Shown: positions 27,562 to 44,331 of the stretch, one piece after another | How the letters are laid out: the number at the start of each line of letters is the position of its first letter | Position numbering within the stretch: the stretch's first letter is position 1 | The notes under the pieces: generated by a model | The model's database searches: none | Told to the model about the DNA's origin: nothing | What the model saw: only the letters and a program-made list of their open reading frames with translations | Assembly (NCBI GenBank): GCA_965113315.1 | Contig: OZ220363.1 | Reading direction: 5' to 3' (one strand) | DNA: 64,000 nucleotides | Source: Podarcis vaucheri | Taxonomy: Eukaryota | Made by a program: the position numbers and the translations under genes

Positions 27562-29012
27562 TAGGTACATGCTGTACGGCTACTGACACTTTCAAGTGGC
27601 CCATGTATCCCATCCTGGTATTTAATGGACTTTCTCATCACAGCCTGTGGTGCACAGAAAAAATTCATGAATGGTATAGCTCTTGCAAGTTGACAGCATG
27701 TTCTTGTTATCCAACCGCTATAGAACATGGATGCAAAATGATTATTATGGGTGTCCCAGGTTGCTGTTGCTCAGGAGCCACTCACCCCTGCATCAACACA
27801 GAAACTTTGGGGCATCAAGGACCCTGAAGGCAGTGGAAATCCTTCCACTTGATCATCTCAGGAAGGGGCCACTCCTTGCATTGCTATGTGTCAATAGAGG
27901 CAGAAAAGCCCCAGTAGGCTGTGCTTTCTTTCTGCTGTTCCTGATCTCGTTTCCTTGCTGATATTCTCAGATCCCGAAACTTCTTCAACTCCATACCTCT
28001 TTCACCATTGGTCCCAGAGGCAGTAGGAAGTACACTACTTTTCCAGGATTGCACATCTTCATATCATATTGCACATCTTCATATCAGAGAGCTGGCTTTT
28101 TAGCTGAGGACAGGGAGGTAGCGACTAGAAAACAGACCTCTTGCATCATCATCATCATTTTTTATTTGTACGCCTCCTTTCCACAGTTAAAAATCAATGC
28201 TCAAGGCGGCTTACAGCACAACAAGATTTACATAATTGCAAAAGTCATAAACAATAAATAAACCACATCAAAAAAATACACAACCAAATGGGAAAACAAT
28301 TTCCACATAAATCTAAAACTAAGAACACAGCATTAATATCAGTTTAAAATGACATAGGTAAAAAATAGCAGCAATTTAAACAAAAACAAAACGGAGCCCT
28401 CTCTGCCCAGCAGCGGCAGCAGTCCTTTATAAAGCCTGTCAGGCCAGGTGGTGAGTGGCAGGACTGGAGCCCTCAGGCGCTGAGTAGGGAGTATTGCTGC
28501 CATTGGTAGGTGGCAGATCAGTGCAGCAGCAACTGTCCAGGTCAACTGCTCTCCCCAGATGTTGCTTAGTTAGCTTAAGCCTTGCTTGTAGTTCCTACTG
28601 TCCCTGGTTCTTCTGCTGTCTGCCTAGCAGTTTGCCATGCTCTGCAGCCCATCCATGCCCAGGACTGCTGGTGCTCCAGAGCCTTAGCCCTTCTCAATGG
28701 ATTAGCAGCAGGCTTCTGCAGACACCTGTTTTCTAAATTGCTTGTGGACCATCCAGTGGTTTGCATGCTTTTCCTGTTAAAGTGTCATTGTGCTCTAGTG
28801 TAATGATGCTGGCAAGCAGATGCCATTCTGTCAAAATTATTTGCCCACTTGGAACTTCCTTTTCACGTCTCTTTCTGGTGTGATGCTGACCTTCAGTTAG
28901 CACAGGCCATTCGCCAGCCAGCTTGGGGAAACTATCTGAGGACGTTTCAGAATATTTCCCTTCTTCTGAACTTGCTCATCCTTCCTTGACCGTATTTGTG
29001 CTTCTGCTTTGA

Positions 29013-29219
<207 letters not shown>

Positions 29220-30718
29220 TAACAATAAATCCATGCATCATTAGTATTACGAATTATGATGATGAGCTGTGCTAAGGTAGCCTAAATTCTCATCTTTATT
29301 AGTAAATTAGCATGCTCTTCATACTTTATTTTTGGGGTAGGTAGAAGGGAGAATTGATGATGAATAGATCTCTGGGCTGCTCTGAATTTTAGTTGTTTCT
29401 CAATAGCAATGAATAAAGCTTAGAAGAGAAAACAGAAATGCTTCTGTGTGCGAGAGAGGTAGAACCTGCAAGCTGGAAATCTGCCTACCCCTGCTTTAGT
29501 TAACACCAAAGAGCAATACTTCTCACCAGAAGCAGCTTGCTGAGTGGGGGCACAGCCACTATGTAAGCTTCCCTGCAGGAGAATCATTATCGCTTACCAG
29601 GAGGAGGGACAGGGAAAGGACTGAGGCAGCCGGAAGTAGGTGTGGTGCAGAGGCATCAGCAGCGCTAACCTGGTGTTTCTGTCAGTGAGTTTGCACTGCA
29701 TCAACCTTCCTGCCACCTTGGCCCTCTCCTTCCTGGTAGACAATAGCAACCCATCTGCCAGGAAGCTAGTACAGCACCTCTGACCCACCTGGCAAACCAC
29801 TTCTCCTCCCCTTGTGGGTTACTGATATTGGGACTCCTGGAGATCTTGTTTGGCTGATTTCTAGGCTTCTAAGATCCAATTGGCGTTTCAAGCCTGTCTT
29901 TCTAGCCATTAGGGAATTGTTTTAATTTTAAAGAATCAAAGCTAAGATTTTCAGAGAGCTGTATTTTGTGTCCACTAGCACATACGGTGTTTCTGTTCTG
30001 TGCATGTGTTAAATTGTAGAGTGCAATCAATGCCCAAATGCCTAAAACAGCACCCAATTGCAGACAGATTTTTTAAAAAATGAATATCCTTGCAAAAATA
30101 TGGAAGCTTACAATTCTCAGATAATTTATGCAGTCCCAAAATTGCCTGTTCTTAATCCAAGGCTTTCCCCATGGGTCAAAATAAAGGCAGCCTGCAACAA
30201 ATCTCTGTTAATGGTAAAATTTATTCACGTTAACTTAAGGATTGAGCTTGATTAAATTGTTATTAATTATTATTACTTTCTATTTATTAAATTTCCTTGG
30301 GAGAGCATTGCAAAAGTGGGGAGCTACCACAAAAAATGCCCGTTCTCATGTTGCCACCCTCTAGACCTCTCATGGAGGAGGAACACAAAGATTACATGCA
30401 TTGACTAATATAAATGATGTAGATGATTTTATTGAAATATGGCATTCTTTTATAAAATACTTTGCCAAGAACCCTGAAGAATGGTAATTACCAAAATCAC
30501 AGATTGGATTTGGGCAAATTTAACTAGATTAATCCTTCCTCAAGTGAGGAGGAGGGCAAGTTGGAACCCCCCCCCCCTTTTGTAATTGTTATATATTGGA
30601 AATTAATGAAACTATTTTAGAAGGAAGGAAGGATATGCTACTCTATCAAAACTTCCTCGAAACTCCTTACCTGTTGGTCTTTTGCTCATTTTTTCCTGTG
30701 TTTTGGCACCCCCTTCAG

Positions 30719-30869
30719 GTAAAGAGGCAATGTTGCAGCAGAAGGATTATGAAACTGCCACCCTCTCAGAGATCAAGGCCCTTTTAAAGAAGCACGAGGC
30801 ATTTGAAAGTGATCTTGCTGCTCATCAGGACCGTGTGGAACAAATTGCTGCTATTGCACAAGAACTCAA
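30719..30869 (+). CDS. ACTN1: ACTN1 exon 12 ([50 protein letters not shown])
   Basis: tcag| ... |gtacga, 151 bp. Confidence 0.96.
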
Positions 30870-31488
30870 GTACGACTTTCGCCTAGCAAATGGGCTTCAC
30901 CTTTTGACACATAACCAAACAGTGGCCTTTTCAACAGTCAGCAAGCCTGGGACACCCTTTGAGCTCAAAGGCAAATCTAGTTCTTTTTAGACACAAGACT
31001 ATAGGGAAGCACCCTTATTTGAAAGAAAACATTGACAAGGATTAAAGCACAAAAAGAGGGGTGTAGGCTAGTGAGGGGAGAAAGGGACCTCTTGACTATG
31101 ACGCCTAACAAAATGCAATAGGGGTTTAAACAACTGATGTGCATAGATGTCATTGATCCATATTTGAATACCTGCATCTATATGTTCATTTTGCCTTCAA
31201 GCTCAAGGCTTACCTAAGCCCGTAAGAGCTGTCATCCGTGTGCAGAGGCTGTATGCCTCTGAAGATGAGTTGCTAGGTCAAGATAGAATGGGGGGGGGAC
31301 AGAGAAACAAGTGTGGGAGTCCACTTTTAGTATCAGGATACTGAACTAGATGGATCTTTGATCTGATCCAGCCAGGGCTCTATTCTTCATCTTTTAACAG
31401 CATTAGCAGGTTATTCAGTTTCAACACGTTTGGTGTGGTTTTTTTTAAAAAAAGAATAGATTCCAATTTTTACCAATGTGTTTGGTAA

Positions 31489-31677
<189 letters not shown>

Positions 31678-32399
31678 TGAGGGCAGAGTGGGGTGGCAGT
31701 TTCACTCAGTGAAGCCGACATTGTGGTCTGCTGCTCATACCAGTCCTGGGCGATATATTGATATACTGCCCAGGCCTACTCCCTGCCCAGGTTTTGACAT
31801 TAGCAGAGGGGGTCCTTCATCTTGTTCCCATGGTGAGTGTTGCTTTCTGCATGAGGATGCAAGATACGGCCTTCTTGGTAGTGGTGCCAGGCTTATGATG
31901 GACCTGCTTTGTTTTATGCCTGGCACCACTACCAAGAAGGCCTAGTTTTAGTTTTTATGATGTTTTACAATGGTTTATCTATTGCTATTAAATACTGTAT
32001 CATAAATCAAATGATTTTCTAAAAAATGATTTTCCTGTTATTTTGATGGTTGGGAACTGCTTTGCGATCAATTCTTTGATTATTATTTTTAAAAAAGCTT
32101 GGAAAAAAATCTGTAACTTGAAACTGCTTCCTAACTGTGGTTCTGTGGACTGTGGGAAAAGGGAAGGTGTACTGTTTTAGACGCCAATAATGTTAAGTCT
32201 TTTGCTTGGATTGCTTTGGGAAGAAGGGTGGCATATACATTAAGTAAATACATACGTAAATTACAGCTTCTTTTTTTAAAAAAAAGAAAACTAGGAGAAA
32301 GGACTGCGATGAGTAACAAAAGAGGAAATGTCATTAGGACAGGGGGAGTGTGGGAGAAATTCAAGGTGCCTAACTTCTTTATCTGGGTGGGTTTCCTAG

Positions 32400-32696
<297 letters not shown>

Positions 32697-32799
32697 TAAA
32701 CTGGTGGGAAAGATTGGATGGTTCTCTCTGCCTGTTAGATATACAAACTGAAGCAAATGAAGTGAGGAGAAGAGAAAAGGAAACGCAAAAATCAAAAGT

Positions 32800-32863
32800 A
32801 GCAAAGAGTCTTATGGCATCTTAAAGACTAACAAATGTATTATGGCAATAAGCTTTCAAGGAC
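32800..32863 (-). mobile_element. Degraded Penelope-like terminal repeat remnant
   Basis: GGCATCTTAAAGACTAAC..TAAGCTTTC resembles GCACCTTAAAGACCAAC..GAGCTTTC of the 51621-51851 element. Confidence 0.6.
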
Positions 32864-33980
32864 CATAATATATGTGTTAGTTTTTAAGGTGCCACATGAT
32901 TCTTTGATATTTTTGCTGTAATAGCACGACTACACCTCTGGAAATGGTTACAAAAACAAACAAAAAAATCCCATACATTCCCATTTCCCGTGCCTATATC
33001 TATTATGTGTCTTGTTCCGAAAATAAACACTTTGTTCTCACCTAACCCTTTTGATTCAGTGATCAGAGCTACATTAATTCCAGGTCTCAACAACTTAATC
33101 TGTTTTCTGCAGCATGGCAAAAAAAAACCTGGCGTATGTTTAGTAATGTGCAGGGAAAAGTGCCTCCTGAACACATAAAAAGTACTTTTCTCACCTCTGG
33201 TTAGTCATAGCCATTCCCTGTGCTAAGGATTGAGGAACTGCCCTGTCGTCCTTCAACAACTTTAATAAATAATAAAATAAAAGTAATAATATAACAGGCT
33301 TTGAAGATCAGCTGATATACTGCAGGAGTGGGGAGCCTTTGCCCTCCAGGTGTTGTGAGACTCCAGCCCCAGCCAACATGGCCAGAGGTCAGGCTTGATG
33401 GGAGTTGTAGTCCAACAACATCTTGAGAGCCAGAGTTTGCCATCCCTTTGGGCTTAGGCATCTTTCTCTTCAGAAAACAAGTATTCGGAACAGTTAAGTA
33501 AGTAATGCCTGCAGTAAGTAAGCCAGCAGTCTCACACCAACATATGGAACAAGAAGCCATGTTGAAGTCAGCAGGGCTTGCTTCTGAATAGACAGGTATA
33601 GATTTGGGCTCTGAATCAGTTTTCCTTTACCTTCTCCTATGCTAAACCATCTACTACCAAAGGGGAGCTTTCGCCATCCCTGCCTGCAACCCAGAAATGC
33701 TAGAGCCCAACCCCTAACTGACGTAAGAAAATGGCCTCCAAGAATTCTAAAAAGGAAATGTGCTTTTGGCACTCTTGCCTTAAAATCTTTCCAGTGTGTC
33801 CTTCAGTGGTCATGCAGTAGGAAGTTTTAATTGCTGCACAATTTAATTTTCCACTGCTCCAGTGCAGTTCCCTGCCTTAATAATTCTCATTTGTAGAAAA
33901 GAGAGTCTTTCCCTGACACTGTTTAAATTATTCCAATGTTCTGTTCCACACACAGATTCTTCCATCCTGGTGTTTTATAA

Positions 33981-34328
<348 letters not shown>

Positions 34329-34458
34329 TAAATCCCACTGAATTCAATGAAGCTCCTCCCAAGTAAGGGTGCATAGGATTGCAGCCTTAGTTGAAATTCT
34401 CATAGATCTGCAATGTAATATCTCGACTCTTGGTTTGCATGCAAGTAATCCACAGGGC

Positions 34459-34820
34459 GGGGGACGCGGGTGGCGCTGTGGGTTAAAGCCTCAGCGCCTA
34501 GGGCTTGCCGATCGAAAGGTCGGCGGTTCGAATCCCCGCGGCGGGGTGCGCTCCCGCTGCTCGGTCCCAGCGCCTGCCAACCTAGCAGTTCGAAAGCACC
34601 CCCGGGGGCAAGTAGATAAATAGGTACCGCTTACCAGCGGGAAGGTAAACGGCGTTCCGTGTGCGGCTCTGGCTCGCCAGAGCAGCGTTGTCACGCTGGC
34701 CACGTGACCCGGAAGTGTCTTCGGACAGCGCTGGCCCCCGGCCAATAGATGTGAGATGGGCGCACAAACCCCAGAGTCTGTCAAGACTGGCCCGTTCGGG
34801 CAGGGGTACCTTTACCTTTT
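34459..34820 (+). mobile_element. Sauria SINE, full length, young
   Basis: tRNA-like head GGGACGCGGGTGGCGCTGTGG..GGTTCGAATCCC, core CCTAGCAGTTCGAAAGC, (ACCTTT)n tail, 13-bp TSD TAATCCACAGGGC (34446-34458 and 34821-34833). Confidence 0.92.
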
Positions 34821-35243
34821 TAATCCACAGGGCAGATTATAAAAGGTAATTCTGAACTCAGTTTTATTCTTGTGCTGTAGGAAATAATTTCCGCCTGTGA
34901 AATATATATTTATTGAGCGGCCTGGTGACTTAAGTCACCAACGCACCCACCAAGTAGAATTAATTTATTTGGAGCACTAACAGAAATATTGGCATTCCAT
35001 CTTGACTTTTGGATGATCTGCTGACATTTCCGATGTTGCGTCTCACCTATAATAGATATGGAGGTGTTAATTTTCTTTGTGGACATTAATCCACTTAAAT
35101 GGAAATTTTTATTTTAATACCTACTTGTTCAGAAGAGGGCTGGATTTATCCTTTTGATTAACAGTGCACAGAACTTGGCTTCTCTGACTTCAGAACGCTT
35201 TGTGTTTATTAAGGCTTAACAGCAGTAAGCTCGATTTTTCTAA

Positions 35244-35411
<168 letters not shown>

Positions 35412-36775
35412 TAATACTTAAAACTGCCATTTTTTCTGTTGAAGAGAGAGCCTCCTAGTTGGGCATTGTCTTTTCATCCTTTCAGTGAAAAGGATTTGTG
35501 CTGAGAGAAGTCACCACTCTCTTTGGCCTGGTTTGCACAGCATGAAAACCCAAACCATGGCTTACTTACTGGGACTTTGCAAACATGCTAGCTTCCAGAA
35601 CAAACCTTGGCTACAGACGGTGGCTAAGAAGGAGAGAGCTTAACCATGGTCTTGGCTTAGCTGCAACACTGTGCTGAGCTAAAGGACTGGGGAAGAACAA
35701 AGCGGCTGCAATCTCCGCCTCCCCTCCCCTGAGCCAGTATATCTGTGCTAAGCTTTACTTGCAAAGTGGCCCTTCTTCCTCTCTCCTTACTAATCTTCAC
35801 AATACACATGTTCTTTGTTTAAGATACTCAATGGCCAGTGGTTACTTCTTATTTAAAAACCATTCTTAGACAAGAAATTATTGAGGGTGGCTTTCTATAA
35901 TAGAATGCTAAATTAAGTAGGTACTAAACTAACTGAGATGTGCCTTAGGAATAGTTTGTGCTTTGCATTTTTTGTCTGCATGTGCAAGTTCCAGACTTGC
36001 TCCATCTGAATTAGCTTCAGATTGGTTTTAAAACACATACACCACAACTGACTGTAGCTTCAGACCACATTGTACGTGCAGCTGTGCATATTTGTTTGGC
36101 TGTTGTTTTTTAAATTTGCCTACAGTCTGAGTACATGCAGGGGCATCTGGTCACAATCATAATACACATGGTTTTAAAACAATGTGTAGCTCCAGATCTG
36201 CTAGGTTCAGGTATAACTGATCTGTAATACGCACCCAATAAATGAACTTACTAACTTAGGGCTCCTCCTGACTTCCTTTTGAGCTACGTTTCTAGGCACA
36301 GTGGATGGCTTTGAGGTTTTCTTCCTGGGCCAGATCATCTCCCCTCTTTGAAATGGATCCAGTGGATCTATCACTGCCTACCCCCCCCCCCTCGGCTCTG
36401 CCTCCATCCCACACCTGTAATGCCTCATTTCAGAGCCCTATACTAGTTACCACTGGTGGGAACACCACCAATGACAGCTTCCCAACAGCCTGTGCTTTAG
36501 CCATATTGAAGATTTCTGCAATGGCCCCAGTCAGCGGAGGGACACCTCCACCTAATTCCACCAGCAGCACTGAGCAAGGGATTAGGATAGTTTTGTAACT
36601 GTGCTGAAAAGGAAACAAATTTATCCTCTGAAAGCCCTTAACACAGCTGGGTAGGTCTTCAGTTGGTGTTAAATATTTAACTCAGTAGAGCTGCAGTGAA
36701 TTATTCCAGCGACTCGGTTTTGTTTACCTGTTCTCTGAAAAACCTGCAAGCAAAGCTCTTTTCCCCTTGAGATGA

Positions 36776-37123
<348 letters not shown>

Positions 37124-37464
37124 TGAGCCAACCAATCCGGCTCTTGATTAAACTGATGTTGGGGAGAAGGGTGCTAAACTAGTAGCACTGACCAGCCATG
37201 CAGATGTGTACAGAGATTGACACACAACACTTTTGGCTAAAGCCTTGACTTGTGCAAATGACAGAGAGGGTGACTGATTTAACGTTCAATAGCACAGTCT
37301 GGAACCTCACCGGATTCACCTTTGCTTAAGGCCCATAGTCTGCAGCCAAGATAGACTATTTTGACTGTGAGGAATAAGGCCCTCACATAATGGGGACTGG
37401 CTGGCACATAAGGGGTTACAGGTTTGAGGCAACAACCTTAAAAGTGTAGGAACAACACTGCAGA

Positions 37465-38832
37465 CAAGTCTGAGGAGTCCATGCAAATGTGAGTGGGCAG
37501 TCGCTGGTTTTCTTCTCCATCACAGGGTGCCAGGCAGTTTAAACCTCTCTACCCAGGATACCTTGATCAGGAAGAACAGCTGATTGGAGTGCTGAGGAGC
37601 AATAGGCAATTTTCATTCCCATGTAGAGGAAAAACCTTCCACCCAAAGTACCATTCGGTGGATGCCCTCCCTACTTCTCTGATGGTCCACACCAATGTGC
37701 ACACACCTGGGGAAGCCACGGGAGTGCTGTGGATTGCATAGGAAGGTCTAGTGGGCTGGATTAGGCCTACCCTTGTTTTAAATGGAAACCTAGGTCAGCT
37801 TTCCCCAACGTGGAGCCCTCCAAATGTTTTGGACCACAACTCCCATTATCTGCAACCAGCATCGCCATGTGCTTCCTCTCCCTACTGGGCAGCACATTTT
37901 CCAAGTCTGAGGAGTCCATGCAAATGTGAGTGGGCAGTCGCTGGAGCTTGCCAGCTGTTTAATTGGTAAGAATTACCTATTAAAGTAAATAGCATGACAA
38001 TATATTTTTTATATTGTGATTGCCCTGTGAACTGCCCTGAGACCTCCGGGTATAGGGCAGTATATAAATTCAATCTATTAATAAGGAATTCTGTGTTAGA
38101 AGCAGTTTCTTATCAGCATTGTCTAAATGTGGGGTGGGAACCTGGGCTTGGGGCTGCATTGCTCCAGTGGAAAGCTCACCCCGCCCCCAGTTCCTCAAGT
38201 GATCAATGCAGATCAGCTAGGAAGGAGGACATTTCCGTACCTACTGCAGTGCCAGGATGGGAATGCGAATCATTCTTTTTTCATTTCTCAGCTGATTGGC
38301 ACAGACCATCTGAGGAGCATTGGAGGGTCCGATTTCATCCCCATTGCAGCCGGCTGGGTGGGGAGGTTTAAACCTCCAGTGCATGACAATAGGGATGAAA
38401 ACTGCCTACCACTCCTTGGCTGGTCCACACATCAGCTGTGGGTGATGGTGGTTTTCTTCTCCATCACAGGGTGCCAGGCAGTTTAAACCTCTCTACCCAG
38501 GATACCTTGATCAGGAAGAACAGCTGATTGGAGTGCTGAGGAGCAATAGGCAATTTTCATTCCCATGTAGAGGAAAAACCTTCCACCCAAAGTACCATTC
38601 GGTGGATGCCCTCCCTACTTCTCTGATGGTGCACACACCTGGGGAAGCCACGGGAGTGCTGTGGATTGCATAGGAAGGTCTAGTGGGCTGGATTAGGCCT
38701 ACCCTTTCCCCAACGTGGTCAGCTTTCCCCAACGTGGAGCCCTCCAAATGTTTTGGACCACAACTCCCATTATCTGCAACCAGCATCGCCATGTGCTTCC
38801 TCTCCCTACTGGGCAGCACATTTTCCAAGTCT
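37465..38832. repeat. Local direct duplication in intron 17 (A-C-A-B-C arrangement)
   Basis: A = 37465-37507 = 37902-37944; C = 37505-37908, near-identical to 38449-38832. Confidence 0.93.
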
Positions 38833-38885
38833 ACAATCACTTCACTGCATTTTGACTAGTCTCCAGGTGCTGCTTCTCAACTTGA

Positions 38886-39098
<213 letters not shown>

Positions 39099-40281
39099 TA
39101 GTAGTGCCTGTAACTTCAGAGAGTTTCTCCATAGAAGCGAATGGAAACCAAGCCTCAGATTCTCCTTGCGAAACCACAGCTCAAGTAAAACTTTTTAAAA
39201 ATGTGGCAGAGTCCATTAACATTAAAGCGTTTGGGGACTCAAAGGAAATGCTAACACAAACGTTTAAAAACCTTATCTCTTTGATTTTCAAACCCTTCTC
39301 AGATTTAATAGAAATGGCCACATTAACCTAATGAGCCTCCGTGAGAGTAGCTAATGGTTGTGGGGTTGTTTGTTTGTTGAACTTGATTACATGCCACTTC
39401 CTAGCAAAGCTCTTGTATGTTATCCATCCTTTAGAAAATGTACAGTGATAACTCATTGCAGTACAAATATTCTACATGTGTAAGCTCACAGGTCAGGTAT
39501 CGCTGTCAGTAAGCCTCTTGTTCAGGCCACACTGTCTGTGCTTCACGTTCTTCCTTCTGGATTGTTCTTAAGGTTTTTGCCTCAAAAAGACCAAGGCTAA
39601 CCTTGCATGGAACAATCTTCAGCTCAAGCCACTGAATCCAGGCAAAATACTGTTATGTCAGCAACAGCACAAAGGAAGACATCTGGCTGCACGGAATGGC
39701 TGTAAAAAATGTAGTCACCTCATGCGCTAATAGTGTGTAGCTTTTAGGCGTGCTCTGTCAAGTCCTCTATCTCACTCGCATTTTAATGTAGCTTATATTC
39801 ACTATGGGAGTTGTTTTTGTTTGTTTTTTACAATTTAGAAAATACAAAGGCAAGTTAATGTTGCGTCATATCTCTGGGTAAACGTCTAAATGAAAGACAA
39901 AGGTCTAGTTTTCAGTGCAGGGAGCATCAAGCAGGAGACTCGGTCCAAGTTCTGTTGCAAAGATAAACTTTTGGACTAAAAATGGCTGCAGAGTTGGGGC
40001 CACTCTAAACTACATGAACTCACATGTTCTTCTAAATCCAAGGCTCCTCTAAGCGCAAAGATGCTTCAGCAACAGGATATTCCAAATGTGTCCAATGCTT
40101 CTCTGCAGTCCAGGTGGCTCACTAAATGTTTTGCTTCTAAACTTGTTGAAGAAAATGTAATTGTTTCTAATGAAAAGCAGTCTTCAAAGCAAACATTTGT
40201 CCCTGGCATGGTCATGTTTTGTGAGAAAGAAGTGCAAAAAGAAAAAAAGAAAAGGCAGCATTAGCACAATACGAAATGTGA

Positions 40282-41105
<824 letters not shown>

Positions 41106-41171
41106 AAGAAGACTGGCATGATGGATGCTGAAGATTTCCGCACCTGCCTTATCTCCATTGGTTACAATATG
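41106..41171 (+). CDS. ACTN1: ACTN1 exon 19b, smooth-muscle (SM, Ca2+-insensitive) exon (KKTGMMDAEDFRTCLISIGYNM)
   Basis: gtag| ... |gtaatg, 66 bp, phase 0-0 like 19a. Confidence 0.95.
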
Positions 41172-42314
41172 GTAATGTAGAAGCACCTGCCACTTACATT
41201 CACAATGGTATATTTGACCCTTAAACGAGAAAAGGGCATACTGCTAGTGAACCCAGGTAAAGCTTTGTCAGTCCCGTGACTTGTGAATAAAATCTATGGC
41301 ATCAGTGGCATATTTATTTACAAACTGGATTGACTTCATACTTTATTTTTGGAAGAAGAATCAGAATATAATCCAAACTGATTCCTGGTTGACCTCTGAA
41401 TAAGTAGAACAAAACAATGTCCAAGCCTTGTTCTCCCATGGCCATTGTGCTTTGTTTTTGCATTATAATTATGCATTTGTTGCTAATTCATTGTGAGCAG
41501 CCCACACAACAACCCTTCACACTTGTCCTTCTGCTGTAAAAATAGTCCATTTTCCCACATTTAAACTGCGAGAGTTGGTTTATCAAAAAATGATTTTCCC
41601 CCCTTCATTATGTACATCCATTGGTATGGAAGAAATTCAATGATCAGGGCTAGCATTTTGGCTTGCCAGACAGAAGGGTCCCCTCCTCTCCCTGCATGCA
41701 TTTGCAGAGGTTCTCTCAACCCCTGCCCCCAGAGCCAATTTGGGGCAGGGGGAGAAAAGGCAGGGAAAGCCCTATGACACATGTGAAATCCTTGCTCAGG
41801 GCTGCTACTTGACAGGATTCATTAGTTGAATCCTGTTTTAAGGGGATTTTTTATTCAAACATTTTCGAAGCTCCCCTTTGGCAAAAAATGGTATTTTGTG
41901 TCGGTCTCACAAATCCATAAAAACAACTGGATTTATTCGCAATAAAAACAAACTGCAAAACCAGCAATATATCAAGCAACAGATGAAAACCATTTAACCA
42001 TGCAGTGTGGGATGCAGCTGCACAAGAGTCTTGGGCACCTTTTCTGTTAAATACTCTGTGCATATTTTCTGTGACTTCATTGTCGATGAGCAACACAGCT
42101 CTCTCTAGGCACGTCTTTGCCATTTTGTGAACAGTTCATATTTTCACAGTGAAAGGCTCACCATCTTTACTCAGAAGAAACTCCTACGGTAGTTAGCGGT
42201 GTTTATTCCAAGGAAAGTGTACACAGAACTGCAGTCCCACAGGGCAACTGTATACTCACATTTTTCTGGAACTGGAGCTATGCTGGTAGAAGTCGTTGGA
42301 AGGGAAATTAGTTA

Positions 42315-42642
42315 CAGTGGTGCCCTGCAAGACGAATGCCTCGCAAGATGGAAAACTCGCTAGATGAAAGAGTTTTCCGTTTTGGAGGTGCTTCGCAAAA
42401 CGAATCTCCTATGGGCTTGCTTCGCAAGACGAAAATGTCTTGCGAGTTCCTGCGGGGTTTTTTTCCTCCCCCCTTTTTTCTAAGCCGCTAAGCCGCTTAT
42501 CAGCTGATCCGATAAGCCGCTAAAAGCCACTAAAAGCCGCTAATAGCGCTAATCCGTCAATGGGCTTGCTTCGCAAGACGAAAAAACCGCTAGACGAAGA
42601 GAATCACAGAACGGATTATTTTCGTCTTGCGAGGCACCACTT
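42315..42642. mobile_element. Tc1/mariner-type MITE
   Basis: TA-CAGTGGTGCC..GCAAGACGAA ... TTCGTCTTGCGAGGCACCACT(t)-TA inverted ends; internal CGCAAGACGAA and TAAGCCGC repeats. Confidence 0.8.
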
Positions 42643-43800
42643 TATAGCCATCAATTGAAGGGGTGTAGGATATGGTGACGGTCTGTGCCTTCCCATACTG
42701 CCTATATTCCACCCATAAGTCCCAGTGGCCCTGTGGCAGCTAAAATTAGTAGTACTAAGAATGCAGTGCTATTTTCCAAAGAAGTGTATATTTCAAAGTT
42801 ATCCATTCTTTAGATCAACAGAGACAGGATGCCTCATAATATAATCTCATATATGGCAGTACTACTAATTTTAGCTGTCACAGGGCCACTGTGTTTATCT
42901 TCATCAAACTCTGTGATCTCAAATCTTTGGTCTGGAGCTTGCCCCATCCATGTAAGTTGCTGCAACTGAATTCCATGAATTTTGCTACCCCACATGTTAC
43001 ACTGCTCATGTGCATAGCCCATTTGCATGGGCTAGAAAAGAGGAGGGGGAATTCAGCAATAACATGCAAATTGGCCCTTAGGCTTATTCTTGCCTCAAAA
43101 TTTATAAAGAGGGGAAAGGAAGTTGCTAGTGAACATGTTACAGTTCTCAAGCCCCCAGTTCTAAGATGTGAAATGTGGTGAATCTTAATCTCCAGTGAGA
43201 TCAGCTTTTGTTAACCATGTTTCCTAGCCATGAAACTGTCAAAGGTACTTTTATTGTGTTTCCCTTCCTATAAAGAGGGTGTTTCTACACAGCAGCTTCT
43301 TGTGGACTTGATGCCATGCATTGCCCACACTCAACAGCAGCAGCATCACAATAATATGGCATTTGGGCAGTGTTTGGTTGGAGCTTGAGGAATGTCTCTA
43401 CCTGAAGCAGTTATGCCATTGCCTTCCATTGGTTGCTGTCTTATCAGACCTGTGATAAGGGGTAGCAGCCCCATTCTTTGGGTGTCAGTGCTGAGAATAC
43501 TACTTGGTGCCAAACATTTATGAGCTTGTCTTCCTTATAACTTCAAATGCAGTCAAACTACTTCAATTAATTCTTCATGTGCTACATCCTCGATGCCTCT
43601 GGAACAGCCTTCCCGAACTTAGTGCCCTCCAGATGGATTGGACTACAACTCCCATCAGGCCCAACCAGAGCAGCAATTGTTAAAGAAAATGGGGGTTGTA
43701 GTCCAAAACATCACTGGGGGGGGTGGCCAGTTTGCAAAAGGCTATGGTGTGTTTCCATAACAAATGCCTATTTCATCCTTTCCTGTCACCAGTAGATTGA

Positions 43801-44331
<531 letters not shown>

